Below, piece after piece: positions 25,940 through 38,902 of a DNA stretch of 64,000 bases (position 1 is its first letter; every line of letters begins with the position of its first letter). A model generated the notes under the pieces. That model did no database searches, was not told where the DNA came from, and worked only from the letters and a program-made list of their open reading frames with translations. The translations under genes and the position numbers were made by a program. This DNA is from Eledone cirrhosa. Its lineage: Eukaryota. The stretch is taken from positions 196,974,001 to 197,038,000 of the forward strand of contig OZ024743.1 in NCBI GenBank assembly GCA_964016885.1, given 5' to 3'.

Positions 25940-27798
25940 AGAATTTATATAAAACATTCCTGTTGTATTTTCTTACTATATTATTTTTCACAAAACTGCT
26001 TGAATGTGTGAAATTTCAGTCATGTTAATGCATTATATGGCACAGTTTAGTAGGTAAACTGTATTTTGTGACAATTTGGCTAAATTGGCACTATCGGTAG
26101 AGCGTCAGACTCCATGCTTTGCAGCATAGTTATGGCCCTTTACGTTCTGAGTTCCGATCCGTTGAGGTTAACTTTTCCTTTCATACTTACGGAGTCAATA
26201 AAATAAAGCACCTGTAATGCGCTGGGGTAATTGCTGGCCTTGTGCCAAAAGTAGAAACATTATTTTGAAATAATAACGAAAATTGTGTACAGTGTTCAGG
26301 TGCACTACAACTCATCGAAGGTGCATATATAGTATATAGAATAATGTACGAATGACAATAAAGGGAACAATGTATGAGTAATGATATACACACAGACGCA
26401 CACGTGTGTGTGTGTGTGTGTGAGGGTGTATATCAGGTGTAGTGTTGGCGAGTTTCAGGAAGAATGGAAGTTTTGAAGGATGCAGTGTCCTGACAACTAA
26501 CAACTGATGCAGGCAGTATGTTGCATACTTCTGAGAGTGAAAAATGTTTCCAAAAGTCATGGGAGCTGTACTGTTTTCTGACTTTGTAAACATGTCCACG
26601 GGTGTTAGACATATGGAATTTTTCTGCGACAAAAGGACTTGATTGCATGAAACATCGATTGTGGCAAAACCTTACTTTTAACTTACCTTTAATTGCATTA
26701 TATGATGCAGTATATATCCCGCCGAGGTTGACTTTGCCTTTCATCCTTACGGGGTCGATAAAATAAAGTACCAGTAATGCACTGGGTAATTGCTGGCCTT
26801 GTGCCTAAAGTAGAAACAATTATATGATGCAGTATAGCTGGAGTTTTGTACTCTCAGTTGCTCCACGCCACGGAAACCGGGATAAGTACTGGCTTGATGA
26901 ACCACTGGGCTTCAGACAGACTTTAGACTGTTTTTAGACTTAGAATTAGCTTAATAGACCCTGGTTTATTACTGGTACATATTCTAGGGGTTATCTTTTG
27001 AAAAATAGGAACTCGGACAGAGAAACACAATTAAAGAGATATCCCTTGCTATGTCTGCTAACTAATAATAGTTGGTACATCACAGAGTTATACCCCAGCT
27101 TCTTACTGGTATTAATTTCTAGCTGAGTGTAACTGTAGCAATGTGAAATAAAGTGTTTGCTCAAGAACACAACATGTCAATTGATCCAGGAATCGAACTC
27201 ATGACATTAAACACAAGAACTCACATCTTCTAGTATGAAACATAATACTTGGTAGTATTTTGATACGCATCTTAACGTTTTCATTTTAAATTCTGAACCA
27301 ATATTTAAAATACAAAATACTGCAGAGTCAAGGGCAATAACCCAGTAAATAAATTCACGAATTGCGTCCCTTGATAGCTATTTTTTTTTCGTATTAACCT
27401 TTTAACATTCATATTATTTCTATATACACTATTGTATTTTCATGGTAAATGCTTTATCTCACATAATATCGAATTTATGAGATTTTGAAAGTATTTATTT
27501 TGAGAACAATACCTTAACATCAGTTTGAGTGACCAATTACAGCCAGTTTCAACAGAAAAAAAGGTAGATAATTCTGGCTGGTTTGAACATTAAAGGGTTT
27601 AGTGTATGTTATGCGGATGTGTCCTCTTTTCTTTTATTGTTTTCCGTCAATATGCAGCTTGATGTAAACGACCAGTGAATATACTACAAAGTTAAATTAA
27701 GATTTCTTTAAATAGATATTATACTGCAACACTTGCGCCGTTTTATTGGTTCTTCAGAAAGAACATAACATTGTGTTTATATATACATATATATGTAT

Positions 27799-27829
<31 letters not shown>

Positions 27830-27932
27830 CATATGCAGCCAGTGGGATGGCGTTATCTTATGGCTAAAACAGCACGACGTGCTGTGACCAGCGGCGCCGA
27901 ATGGACGCCCGATAGACTGGTCGATCAAGGTG

Positions 27933-27968
<36 letters not shown>

Positions 27969-29127
27969 AAGGTGGTCGTGTAGGTGTCACGACAGAAAGC
28001 ACCCAGCCCACACTGTAAAGTAGTTATGTAGGTGTCACTACAAAAAGCATCCAGCACAAACTGTAAATGTGGTTGGCATTAGGAATCCCAGCCAGAAACA
28101 TTTCTATATGAGCAAGGCACAGTCACCTAACCCAACTTGCCTCTAATAAGACAACTCGTCTAACCACTCTCAGCTACCGACACCCATACAAACAGCGACC
28201 GACAGAACTCTCCCACACCGACAATACCACCTCACATGTCCACTACGCTTTCTACACACATACACATAATTCCATACACACATGCCACTCTCACCCACCT
28301 CCGCCCATACACACCTGCCTGTTTACATTGCTAACTACCTCTCACGCACACATATAGTACTATCACTCTCACCCACCAAATTCTGTTTTGTTGGCTCCAC
28401 CTCCTCCCCTCCCTCTCACACATTGTCCTGCCATCGCCACCCACTCTTTCGACTTGACCAATTCCGGTTGCACACGCTACACTGCCATTTCACTACCTCA
28501 TCGCCATTTTCTCCTGCTCAAACTTGGAATTTACCTCATGTTGAAATCCACCTGCTGTAACCTTGATTTTTACCATCCACACACACACCAACATCCATAC
28601 AGAAACAGACACTTGCACCATTTCCTCACACACGCAACTACACACTATTACATGAATCCACATCACCTACAGACAAAACCACGTATCCCCTTCTTTTAAC
28701 CACACACACACACACACACTCACATCTACACATCTACACCCATACTGCCTCCAGATTTGGCATGATCTCGTCTCATCCCATCCGTCCCCCCATACACACA
28801 CACACACATACACACCAACACCCATACAGGGACTATACACACACACAATGGTTTTGAAAAACCTACATTCATATACACTCGCTTCCTTCCAGACTCTCAC
28901 ACTTACATACACCATATCTTCTGCCATCCCTGCTCGGACACTGATTTTCTTACTTCCCCCCACCCTTTCTCTCCCCTTCTACGCACCCCTATACACACTA
29001 CCATACCCTTGCCGTCTCAGATTTGTACACCTCTCCCACCCACTTCATTTTTACTTTTTTTAATTGTTATTTATTTTTATTTTTCCCTTCCTTTCATGTT
29101 CTTCCTGTTAACTTCCCTCCTTACTCC

Positions 29128-29161
29128 CTCCTGATGAAAGACTTATGCCTGAAATGTCAAA
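29128..29161 (+). ncRNA. decayed minimal hammerhead at the end of a probable Penelope-like remnant (about 28165-29244)
   Basis: CTGATGA-a agac ttat gcct-GAAA-tg-TC. Stem I no longer pairs. Confidence 0.5.
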
Positions 29162-29244
29162 ACCTCCCCCACTCTCACCAAGCATGAAGCTAATACAACC
29201 ATGTCCTATTGACTCCTGCGGTTGTTTGTTTGTCCTTTTGAACT

Positions 29245-32200
29245 ATCATCATCATCATCATCATCATCACCGTTTTACGTCCGTTCTTCCACTCTAGCAT
29301 GGGTTAGACGGGTTGTCCTGTTGTGGACAGTGTCTGGTCGGCTGACCATGCCTTGCTCATACAGGAACTGATTCTGGCTTGATTTCTACAGCTGGATGCC
29401 CTTCCTAACACCAACCTCATTTACAGTGATGCTGGGTGTTTTTTCGTGGTGCCTACATGTCCACTTTACAGTGTGGGCTGGGTGCTTTTTTGCCGTAGCA
29501 CCTCCACGACCACCTTGCAGTGAGAGGGTGTGGGGGCATATTGTCTATATGCTTCAGCTTGTACCCATGGAAGGTCGGGTACTCTGTATTACTGTGTGAC
29601 GCCAGAGGGCACGGTCGTGTGTCATCGCCTTTGAGAGGTGTAATTGGGTAAGGTCGGCTTTTATCACCTCATCCCAGGTCTTCTTGGGACTCCCCACTCC
29701 GCAGTTTCCATTGACTTCTAGTGCTCTGCACCTTTTTATGCAGCTGTCATCCTTCATACGCATCACATGTCCATACCAATGCAACCGCCTCTCCTGCACA
29801 CAGCATTTGATTCCTCTTATGCTCACTCTGTCTCTCAATTCCTTTATGCTTTGTCGTTCGCGTATATTACTGTGACACATCCATCGGAGCATGCAGGCTT
29901 CGTTTCTTTCTAATCTACGTAAGTCTTCCACCTTCAGTGCCCAGGTCTCACTACCATGTAACATTGCTGTTCGGATACACGCATCATACAGTCTGCCTTT
30001 CATTTTGAGGGAGAAGCCTTTTGCAGCTAGCAGTGGCAGTAATTCCCTGAACTTCTTCCATCCCATTCTTACCCTAGTTATTGTACTTTCTGAACACCCA
30101 CCTCCGCTGCTAATTCGGTCACCTAGGTAGCAGAAGCTGTCTACTGTCTCTACAGAGCCCTCCCAGAGATTGGTGGTACTTGTTTCCTGTGGTTGTTTGC
30201 TGCTTGCTGTCCCAGCGCAGCTGCTACATGTGAAGCCTACATTCTTAGTTAAGCTTCCTGAGATCCCACTACATCTCTTGTGTACCCATTGTTTGCATTT
30301 GGGGCAGACAATGGAGTTCCTACATACTGAGCAAGGCCATTTCCCTGAGGGGATCTGGGTTCTGTTTTCTCGTCTACTTACAAGGACCTTAGTCTTTGTC
30401 AGGTTGACTTTGAGACCCTTTCTTTCTAGTCCCTGCTTCCAAGTTTGCAATTTCTTCTCTAGTTCTACCATGGATTCAGCTATAAGTGCGAGGTCATCAG
30501 CATACAGGAGTTCCCATGGGCATCCGGTCTTAAACTCCTCTGTTATTGCCTGCAGGACTATGATGAACAGGAGAGGGCTAAGAACAGAGCCCTGGTGAAC
30601 ACCAACCTGTTCGCTAAATTCCTCGCTATACACATTGCTAATCCTAACTTTGCTGACTGCTCCCCTATACATAGCTTGTACAGCTTTCACAAGCCATTCA
30701 TCTACTCCTAGTTTTCTAAAAGCCCACTAGATTACAGCATGTGGAACTCTGTCAAAGGCTTTCTCAAGATCGACGAATGCCAGGTAGAGTGGCTTACTTT
30801 TAGCTAGGTACTTTTCCTGTAACTGCCTCACAAGGAAGAGGGCATCAGTGGTGCCTCTTCCTGGTACAAACCCAAATTGCATCTCATCTAGTTTCACCCA
30901 GTCCCTAATCAACTGTGCTATAACTCTTTCTGTTACTTTCATGACCTGGTCCATCAGCTTTATACCTTTATAGTTTCCTCTATCGAGTGCATCACCTTTA
31001 CCTTTGTAGCACTTGACAATGATGCTACTGCACCAATCTTTTGGTATGACACCTTCTAGTATTACCCGGTTAACAATACGTGTGGTTATAGTGTGACCTA
31101 CAGACCCAGATGCCTTCAGCATCTCGGCAGCTATACCCGATGGACCGGTTGCCTTCCTCATCTTCATATCTTTGATTGCCTTACTTACTATGCTGCTGCT
31201 GACTTATACTGCTGGCCCCTCTTGGGGTAGGGTCTCTTCTTCCCATGCATTCTCCTCATTTAGTAATCTATCATAATGACTCTTCCATGCATCTTTCTTC
31301 TCAGCACTTGTGAGGGCAAGCTCACCTTTATCATTCCGGATACACTTCTCTCTGACACACTGCCTCACAATCCTGAACACCTCCTGTTTCTGGTCCTCCT
31401 GTTGCAAAACATGCTTGAATTTTCTATCCTCTGCTTCCCTCCTAGCTAAGTATACTTGTCGCCTAGCTTCCCTCTTGGTCTCTATGTAATGTACCCTGCT
31501 CCCCCCGTTCTTCCATTCTTTCCATGCCTGTCTCTTGGCCTTAACTGCCTCATCTACCTTATTGTTCCACCACCAAGTCACTCTCCTCCTGCTTGTGGTC
31601 TTACTCCATCCACAGACCTCATCCGTCGCCTCTAGTAAGTTATTTTTTTAGGAACTCCCAGTGCTCTTCTACATTGAATGTCTCTATCTGTTCTTCTCTA
31701 CTGCCGGAGGCGTTGAGTAAAATATCTTTAAATCTGTTACTGGCTGAGGGGTCTTTCAGCTTCCAGATCTTTCTTCTCCAGGTTCGTCTAGTTCTGACCG
31801 TGAGGTCGCTGACAACTAAGCTATGTTGGGAGGTACATTCCTCACTAGGGAAGGCTTTTGTGTTTACGACCGTCCATCTGTCATGTCCTCTGATGAGGAT
31901 AAAATCTATCTGACTAGAATGCTCTCCTGATCTATAGGTGATCAGGTGGTTGTCCGATTTTTTTAAGTTTGTGTTACATATCGACATGTCATTGGCGTCA
32001 CAGAATTCTAGAAGTCTGAATCCTTCTTCATTTCTTGTGCCAACCCCATGGCCTCCATGGACTCTATTGAAGCCATCACAGTGTTTACCTACGTGTCCGT
32101 TAAAATCTCCTGTGATGATTAGGAAGTCATTGTCGTTTGTTAGAGCAGTAGTGTGCATTAGGGACTCGGAAAACCTATCCTTAAGTTCGTCTGGCAACCC

Positions 32201-32940
32201 CGATTGGGGTGCGTAAGCTGATATTATTGTGGTAATTGTTTTATTCAGGACTAGTCTGAGTTTAATTATTCTTGCATTTACCCTGTACACTGAGATTACT
32301 TTATCTACCCACTTGTCAGCTAGTAGTATATCTACACCACCCATCCCATCGTCATTTTCCACCCAGAAAAATTTGTAGCACTGACTTTTTCCTACAAGGA
32401 CTCTAGCAGACTCTCCTCTCCATCTAGTCTCTTGCACACAGCATACATCAACTTCCTTTCGCTCTAGCATTTCTACGATTTCTCCTGCTCTTCCTTTCAT
32501 TGTGCTTACATTGATGGTACCAACTCGGAGTTTTGGGCATTTGTCGACACTCGTAGGGAAGGGTCGATTTTTGCAGGGGTGTGTGTGTGCTTCCTCTCTC
32601 TGGATTGGGGCTTCACATGGATGCTTGGTAGCTCGCGGATTCATATTAATTCCATCTATTAATTCAGAGTTGCTCCAATTTATTCTCCACTCATCCATAC
32701 ATAACGAGAGGAAAATCAGGGCTAGAAGAACAGTGGTGGTGGTAATAATGGTAGGGTGTGTTGGGCTGGGACGGGGGAGGAGAGAGTTAGGTAGTGGCAG
32801 TAGAAGAAATGGCATGCTGAGGTTTGATTGGTCGAATAGGCTATGGTGGTGGGAGGGAAATTGTGAGGTAGGCAGCCAGTCATGTCATCAAAATAATCTA
32901 TAGAAGTGAATGCAGCATGGCAAGATAACCGATAGAAATG
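29245..32940 (-). mobile_element. near full-length RTE LINE, family 2 (APE + RT), disrupted
   Basis: ORFs 31640-32815 (QETRW, SAYAPQ, GDFNGH, QIDFI), 31204-31581, 30727-31167, 29554-30690 (QGSVLSP, YADD). (GAT)n tail. 5' end approximate. Confidence 0.93.
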
Positions 32941-33326
32941 AATACAGCTACATTAATAATTGTTTCTACTTTTATGCACAAGGCCAGCAATTACCCAGTG
33001 CATTACTGGTACTTTATTTTATCGACCCCGTAAGGATGAAAGGCAAAGTCAACCTCGGCGGGATTTGAACTCAGATCGTAAATGGACGTAACTATGCTGG
33101 AAAGCATGGCGTCCGACCCTCTACCGATACTGCCAATCCACTAATAATAATAGCCAGTCATGGCCTGTAGCCTTTGATGGAAAAATAGACAGATAGAGAG
33201 TCAGCATGGTAGGGGAAAATGAGGGTAACAAAATAAATGTGTTGTGGTAGCTGAAATACCTGACAAGATTTGTATGGATGGCTGGCTGGAACGTAGCTAA
33301 ATCAACTCTTGTGATTCATTTTACTA

Positions 33327-33358
<32 letters not shown>

Positions 33359-33397
33359 AGAGGGTGTTAAAGTTTGCTTGAAGCATTGTGAAATGTG

Positions 33398-33922
33398 TAA
33401 AAATACGTATTTAAGAAAGCCACAACAATGCAAAGGGAAATCTCGAGGTAGGAAGTGAAATATAGATAGGAAAAACAGGTGAAAGTGAAAGTTGAGAGAG
33501 ACAAAGATGAAAACAAAACAAAGGTAGAAGGGTTACCGTAGTAGAGATTTAATCCCAATATTTCGGGCTCACGCCCAACAACGGGGGAAAAGTTCCAAAA
33601 GGGGGGAAAACAGGCCAAGCGGAGAAAGTGGTGATGTCGTTAAGACAGGAATGCCGTTATATAACGGCATTCCTGTCTTAACGACATCACCACTTTCTCC
33701 GCTTGGCCTGTTTTCCCCCCTTTTGGAACTTTTCCCCCGTTGATGGGCGTGAGTCCGAAATATTGGGATTAAATCTCTACTACGGTAACCCTTCTACCTT
33801 TGTTTTGTTTTCATCTTTGTCTCTCTCAACTTTCACTTTCCCTGTTTTTCCTATCTATATTTCACTTCCTACCTCGAGATTTCCCTTTGCATTGTTGTGG
33901 CTTTCTTAAATACGTATTTTTA
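33398..33922. repeat. near-perfect spacerless palindrome, arms about 262 bp
   Basis: Axis at 33660/33661 (...gccgttat|ataacggc...). The ORF track shows mirrored ORFs. Confidence 0.95.
33733..33768 (+). ncRNA. hammerhead-like fold with variant core CCGUUGA
   Basis: tccc-CCGTTGA-t gggc gtga gtcc-GAAA-ta-TT-ggga. Stems I, II and III all have HHR geometry. Confidence 0.5.
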
Positions 33923-34141
33923 TATATATATATATATATATGTACACGTACATACATATATGTATACAGACGTACAGTAGTATGTATATATATATACATA
34001 CATGCACACATATATATATATGTACGTATGGATTCACCGAACATTTATTATAATGCTCGGTGTGTTTGTAAACAAACATCCCGTATTAAGCCGTAGTGTC
34101 TACCAACCATCGTTGCTCGTTTGTTCAACACTGACAAAGGA

Positions 34142-34184
34142 ACGCTGTACTAGTTTCAAGCTTATTAGCTATCGTCAACAACGT
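34142..34184 (-). ncRNA. inverted copy of the same hammerhead (C3U change)
   Basis: Reverse complement reads acgttg-TTGACGA-...-GAAA-ctag-TA-cagcgt. Confidence 0.65.
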
Positions 34185-34217
34185 ATACCTTCCTGCCAGA
34201 TTGGTATAGGAAGGTAT

Positions 34218-34260
34218 ACATTGCTGACGATAGCTAATAAGCTTGAAACTAGTACAGCGT
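34218..34260 (+). ncRNA. minimal type I hammerhead ribozyme
   Basis: acattg-CTGACGA-t agct aata agct t-GAAA-ctag-TA-cagcgt. Palindromic stem III ACTAGT, GUA triplet. Confidence 0.85.
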
Positions 34261-34638
34261 TCCTTTGTCAGTGTTGAACAAATGAGTAACGATGGTTGCT
34301 CGACACTACGGCTTAATACGGGATGTTTGTTTACAAACACACCGAGCATTATAATAAATGTTCGGTGAATCCATACGTACATATATATATGTGTGCATGT
34401 ATGTATATAAATATACATACTACTGTACGTCTGTATACATATATGTATGTACGTGTACATACTTATATTTAAGTAACAGCCGTACTAAGAGTGGGAAATG
34501 AAATTTTGTTTCATTTTTTTCCGTTTATCGTTTTCGGTGCACCCGGCCGATTAACCCACTCGATATGCAAATTGGGCTACTCAGCCGTTAATATGCATAA
34601 GGTAAGTATATACGTTCAACAATCTGGCAGGAAGGTAT

Positions 34639-34681
34639 ACGTTGCTGACGATAGCTAATAAGCTTGAAACTAGTACAGCGT
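34639..34681 (+). ncRNA. minimal type I hammerhead ribozyme
   Basis: acgttg-CTGACGA-tagctaataagctt-GAAA-ctag-TA-cagcgt. 6-bp stem I, predicted cleavage after 34675. Confidence 0.88.
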
Positions 34682-35094
34682 TCCTTTGTCAGTGTTGAAC
34701 AAATGAGCAACGATGGTTGCTAGACACTACGGCTTAATATGGGATGTTTGTTTACAAACACACCGAGCATTGTAATAAATGTTTGGTGAATCCATACGTA
34801 CATATATATATGTGTGCATGTATGTATATAAATATACATACTACTGTACGTCTGTATACATATATGTATGTACGTGTACATACTTATATTTAAATAACAG
34901 CCGTACTAAGAGTGAGAAATGAAATTTCGTTTCATTTTTTCCGTTTATATATATATAGTTCAAAAGGACAAACAAACAAACCCATCTAACCCATGCTAGT
35001 GTGGAAGATGGACGTTAAACGAAGATGATCATGATGATGATGATATATGTATATATATATATATATATATAATAACATTTATTACAGTTCATTT

Positions 35095-35760
35095 ATCTCA
35101 TCTTACAAGTAAGAAATCAATCTGGCTTATGTGTTCACCTGATTGGTAGTGATCAAATGGCTAGCCAGTTTCCTGAAATTTGTGTTGGAAATGGTTAGTT
35201 CATTTCATTCACAGAATTCCAGGAGCCTCATTCCCTCTTCATTTGTTGACCCATCACTATAGCCACTGTGAACTCCAGTGAATTCATCCTGATACTGTCC
35301 AACTTGTCCATTGAAGTTGCCTGCCTAGATGATGAATTCTCTTTCATCAATAGCTGAATGTTTCAGTATAAATTCCTAATAGAATCTGTCCTATTGTTCT
35401 TTACTCAGTCCTGTCTGTGGTGCTTAGGTAGACGTAGTTATCACCATTCTATTTCATATAGCTATTCGAAGCTTCATAATTCTGTCACTTACTCTAACTA
35501 ACTCTATTCATTTCTCAAGCAAGCATAACACCTACACCACCTGCCCCATCACCATTTCCTGCTCAGTAAAGTTTGCAACTAAGTAGTTTGGCTGAGAGTA
35601 GTCATGCTGAGGCACTCCTCCAATTCACTTCTTGTACATAGCATACATCCATTTCTCTTCCAGCAATCCCACATGTTCACCCGATTTACTTTTCAAGGTG
35701 CCAGTCCTGAGATTTGTTCCTTGAGTAGCAGTTCCTTATACCTGGAATGGAAAAAAGGTT
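35095..35760 (-). mobile_element. old RTE endonuclease remnant
   Basis: Minus strand reads GNFNGQVG...NEEGMRLLEFCE...NTNFRK...QIDFLLVR, with stops. Confidence 0.75.
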
Positions 35761-36742
35761 GTGCGATTGCTTGTTGCAAATTTGCAATTATTGGAATTTA
35801 CCTGGGATTATTGGATTTTACCTCGGATATCTTTATTCTACATAGTTGTTGATTCTAATATCACAATAAGCATTGGATCAACTTGTCATTTCATAATAAA
35901 GTAAAGCTATCCCTCAAATTATTAAACTTTATATATATATATATATTATCATCATCATCACTATTTAATGTCCATTTTCCATGCTAGCTCGGCTTAGACG
36001 AGTTGTCCCGTTGTACAACAAGTCAGATCAGTTGACCATGTCTTGCTCACACAGAACTGTTACTGGCTAGGTCTCTATGGCTGGATGCCCTTCCTAATGC
36101 CAGATACATTTACAATGTCAGCTGGGTGCTTTTTATCGAGGCATCAAATCAACCGACAAGTTAGACTGGTACTTTTTCATCATGTCACTAGTGTGCATCT
36201 TGTTGTCTCCAACACGACCAGGTTACAAGGTGGATTGGGTGGTTTTTGTCATGCACACAAACACACACATTCTCATTTCATACAAAAAACTAAACAAATA
36301 GTTTTGTTTCATAATTTATTTATTAAAAATCTGTTTCAATTACAAAAATGAAAGTCACAAAGTGAGGAATCAAAAATAAATTTTCAAACTAAAGCCCAAG
36401 GTAACCACTTTAATCGGTTGTTGAAGAAGTTTGCTTAGTAGATTGGAATTTTAAAATAACATTGTAAAATATAATATAGAAATGAGATTCATAATCTCCC
36501 GTGTTTGAGATTCCTGAGTCAAAATACAGCAATGCAGTGTGCCACTACAGAGATACTTTTTTTTAACTAAAAAGAAAAAAATAATTGCATTGAACATCCC
36601 TTTCAATAGTGAATGTGTGTGAGCATATATATATATATGGATGCTCACACACATTCACTATATATATATATACAAACACACTTCATTTTCGGTTCACTTC
36701 TCTATACTGGCATAAATATTCATACATATATACAAGACACAA

Positions 36743-36777
<35 letters not shown>

Positions 36778-37105
36778 CACAAATGTATGTGTGTGTATAT
36801 GTATATATATATATACACACACACTTTGAATTTATTATACATTGCCAATGGTTTCGTGGATGTGTTAATGTCTATGAAACCATAGATAATACATAAATAA
36901 GTCAAACTGTTAATATATATATTCTCAACTTTCAGATTATATGTTAATTGATCCTTTATTATATCTGCACCCACACCTGTATGTATATATATATACACAC
37001 ACACGTATATATATATATAGTAATAATAATAAATTTGAAGACTAAAATCCAAAGAGGGCTCGATAAGGATACATATATATCAAATATATAAGAACCGTAG
37101 AGCAA

Positions 37106-37242
37106 ATATTTATTAAAATAACGGATTAAAGTTTAAGCAAAGAATCGCTGCTTTCACCCTTAACGGGATCTTCTGAAGATCCCGTTAAAGGTGAAAGCAG
37201 CGATTCTTTGCTTAAACTTTAATCTGTTATTTTAATAAATAT
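37106..37242. repeat. palindrome of the HHR-like element also seen at 30-260
   Basis: Axis at T37174 (tcttc-t-gaaga), arms about 68 bp. Confidence 0.9.
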
Positions 37243-37424
37243 ATATATATATATGTACACAATATAAAGAAATACACAGACACATGCGAACACATACATA
37301 TACATGAATATATCCACATATATCTCTGAATTTGTGTGGTGCCAACCTTAACCATTGTTGCTCTATGAATAACTGGGACAAAATAATCTGAATGGATTAG
37401 ATTGATTCAGTATCAGAGCTATAT

Positions 37425-38160
37425 AATACATTATAAAGAGAGAAGAAACATTAGATATAAATAAAAAGATATACCATACCCAAATTTCTTCATTACTCCT
37501 CGACTACGGAGTTTCGTGGCTTATTATGAAAAAACACCACATCACAGAGATGCAGTATTATTGTGAGGTTAGCCGACTTATCAAGAGGATACCTCATTTA
37601 GAGTTTCAAAACACATCCGTACGACGCGAGATAGAATCCCGAAAGGCGGAGGAGGAGTCAGTCACGTGATACAGTGGTCAAGAAACAGAGCTAAGCCTCT
37701 TACAACCAAGAAAAAAATACCACAAAAGGCGGAGGGGGGTACTTATATCAAAGCCGTAGAAGAGATGGCTAGGATGGCGAGAAGTTTGAGTAATTAAAGC
37801 TATCCAGCAGTCACTACACTTCAGTGGTTACTCTACCATAGGGTGTTATAAACAATATAAAGAAATACACAGACACATGCGGACACATACATATACATGA
37901 ATATATCCACATATTGACGTGACTGACTCCCCCTCCGCCTTTTGGGATTCTATCGCGCGTCCTATAGATGTGTTTTGAAACTCTAAATGAGGTATCCTCT
38001 TGATAAGTCGGCTAACCTCACAAAAATACTGCATCTCTGTGATGTAGTGTTTTTGCATAATATGCCACGAAACTACGTAGTCGAGGAGTAATGAAGAAAT
38101 TTGGGTATGGTATATCTTATTAATTATATCTAATGTTTCTTCTTTTTTTATAATGTATTA
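37425..38160. repeat. inverted repeat, arms about 245 bp (37425-37668 / 37917-38160), HHR-bearing
   Basis: Arms are reverse complements at roughly 90% identity by eye. Confidence 0.85.
37995..38087 (+). ncRNA. type I hammerhead, U3-A8 core, long stem II (mirror copy at 37497-37589 on -)
   Basis: tcctc-TTGATAA-[gtcggc..15-bp hairpin..gccac]-GAAA-ctacgtag-TC-gagga. GUC triplet, palindromic stem III. Confidence 0.75.
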
Positions 38161-38603
38161 TATATATATATATAAAAGGAAAATGATATAAAAAAGGGTT
38201 TGAAAGATGCAAAAAATTGATGTTAACAAAGCCTGCTTTAACAAAAACCAAATGAATCTAATAACAAATGTTTTGATGATCCAAAACGGAGAACGCAGGC
38301 TTTGCTAACATCAATTTTCTGTCCATTTTATAAACATCCTTTATATATATATATATAACAAGCCCTTTTTTAAAATCATGTGATGTGTATAAAACGTTTT
38401 CTAATGTCTACACTTTTTCCACTATGTATGTATATATATATATATGTATACACACACAGCAAAATGAGCATAACATAGATAAAAGCGCATATAAGATATA
38501 TATATATATATATATATATAACCAAAGATTAATATGGTTCGTTGATTACTCAACGAATACAGTTTTACAATAGAAAAAGTTTTTCTGGAGTTTTTAATAT
38601 TAT

Positions 38604-38902
38604 TCAAAATGTTAACGAATGAAAAATATTTGCATAATCAAAATATATACTTTATTATATATATTTCAAAGGTACTGTGCTGTTTTTTTCAGTACGCCCT
38701 CATCAGACAAAATATATGATTTGATATATGACATACCGCTATGGTCTTGATTATTCAATTCCGGTAGCGGTATGTCATATATCAAATCATATATTTTGTC
38801 TGATGAGGACGTACTGAAAAAAACAGCACAGTACCTTTGAAATATATATAATAAAGTATATATTTTGATTTTGCGAATATTTTTCATTTGTTAACATTTT
38901 GA
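38604..38902. repeat. inverted repeat, arms about 138 bp, short spacer, HHR-bearing
   Basis: tcaaaatgttaac...accgcta / tagcggt...gttaacattttga. Confidence 0.9.
38792..38858 (+). ncRNA. type I hammerhead (mirror copy at 38648-38714 on -)
   Basis: tattttgt-CTGATGA-gga c gtactg..cagtac c ttt-GAAA-tatata-TA-ataaagta. Confidence 0.72.

Larger units (their letters stand above)
33935..34950. mobile_element. Penelope-like pLTR / retrozyme-like array: one inverted and two direct HHR-bearing copies
   Basis: 33935-34202 is the reverse complement of the unit. Direct copies start near 34208 and 34629 (offset 421). Both ends abut (TA)n. Confidence 0.75.

Noticed and set aside
27726-27760. CTGAAGA...GCAA hammerhead-like motif on the minus strand
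   Set aside because: GAAA is broken and there is no stem I pairing.
28282-28699. GIY-YIG endonuclease ORF of a Penelope element
   Set aside because: Only a faint resemblance (AIATH...); too decayed to call without a profile search.
33257-33299. CTGACAA...GGAA-cg-TA hammerhead-like motif
   Set aside because: Two core mismatches and weak stems; cannot be distinguished from chance.
33367-34460. Duplicated small protein genes (mirrored ORFs)
   Set aside because: A by-product of the palindromes; no coding features.
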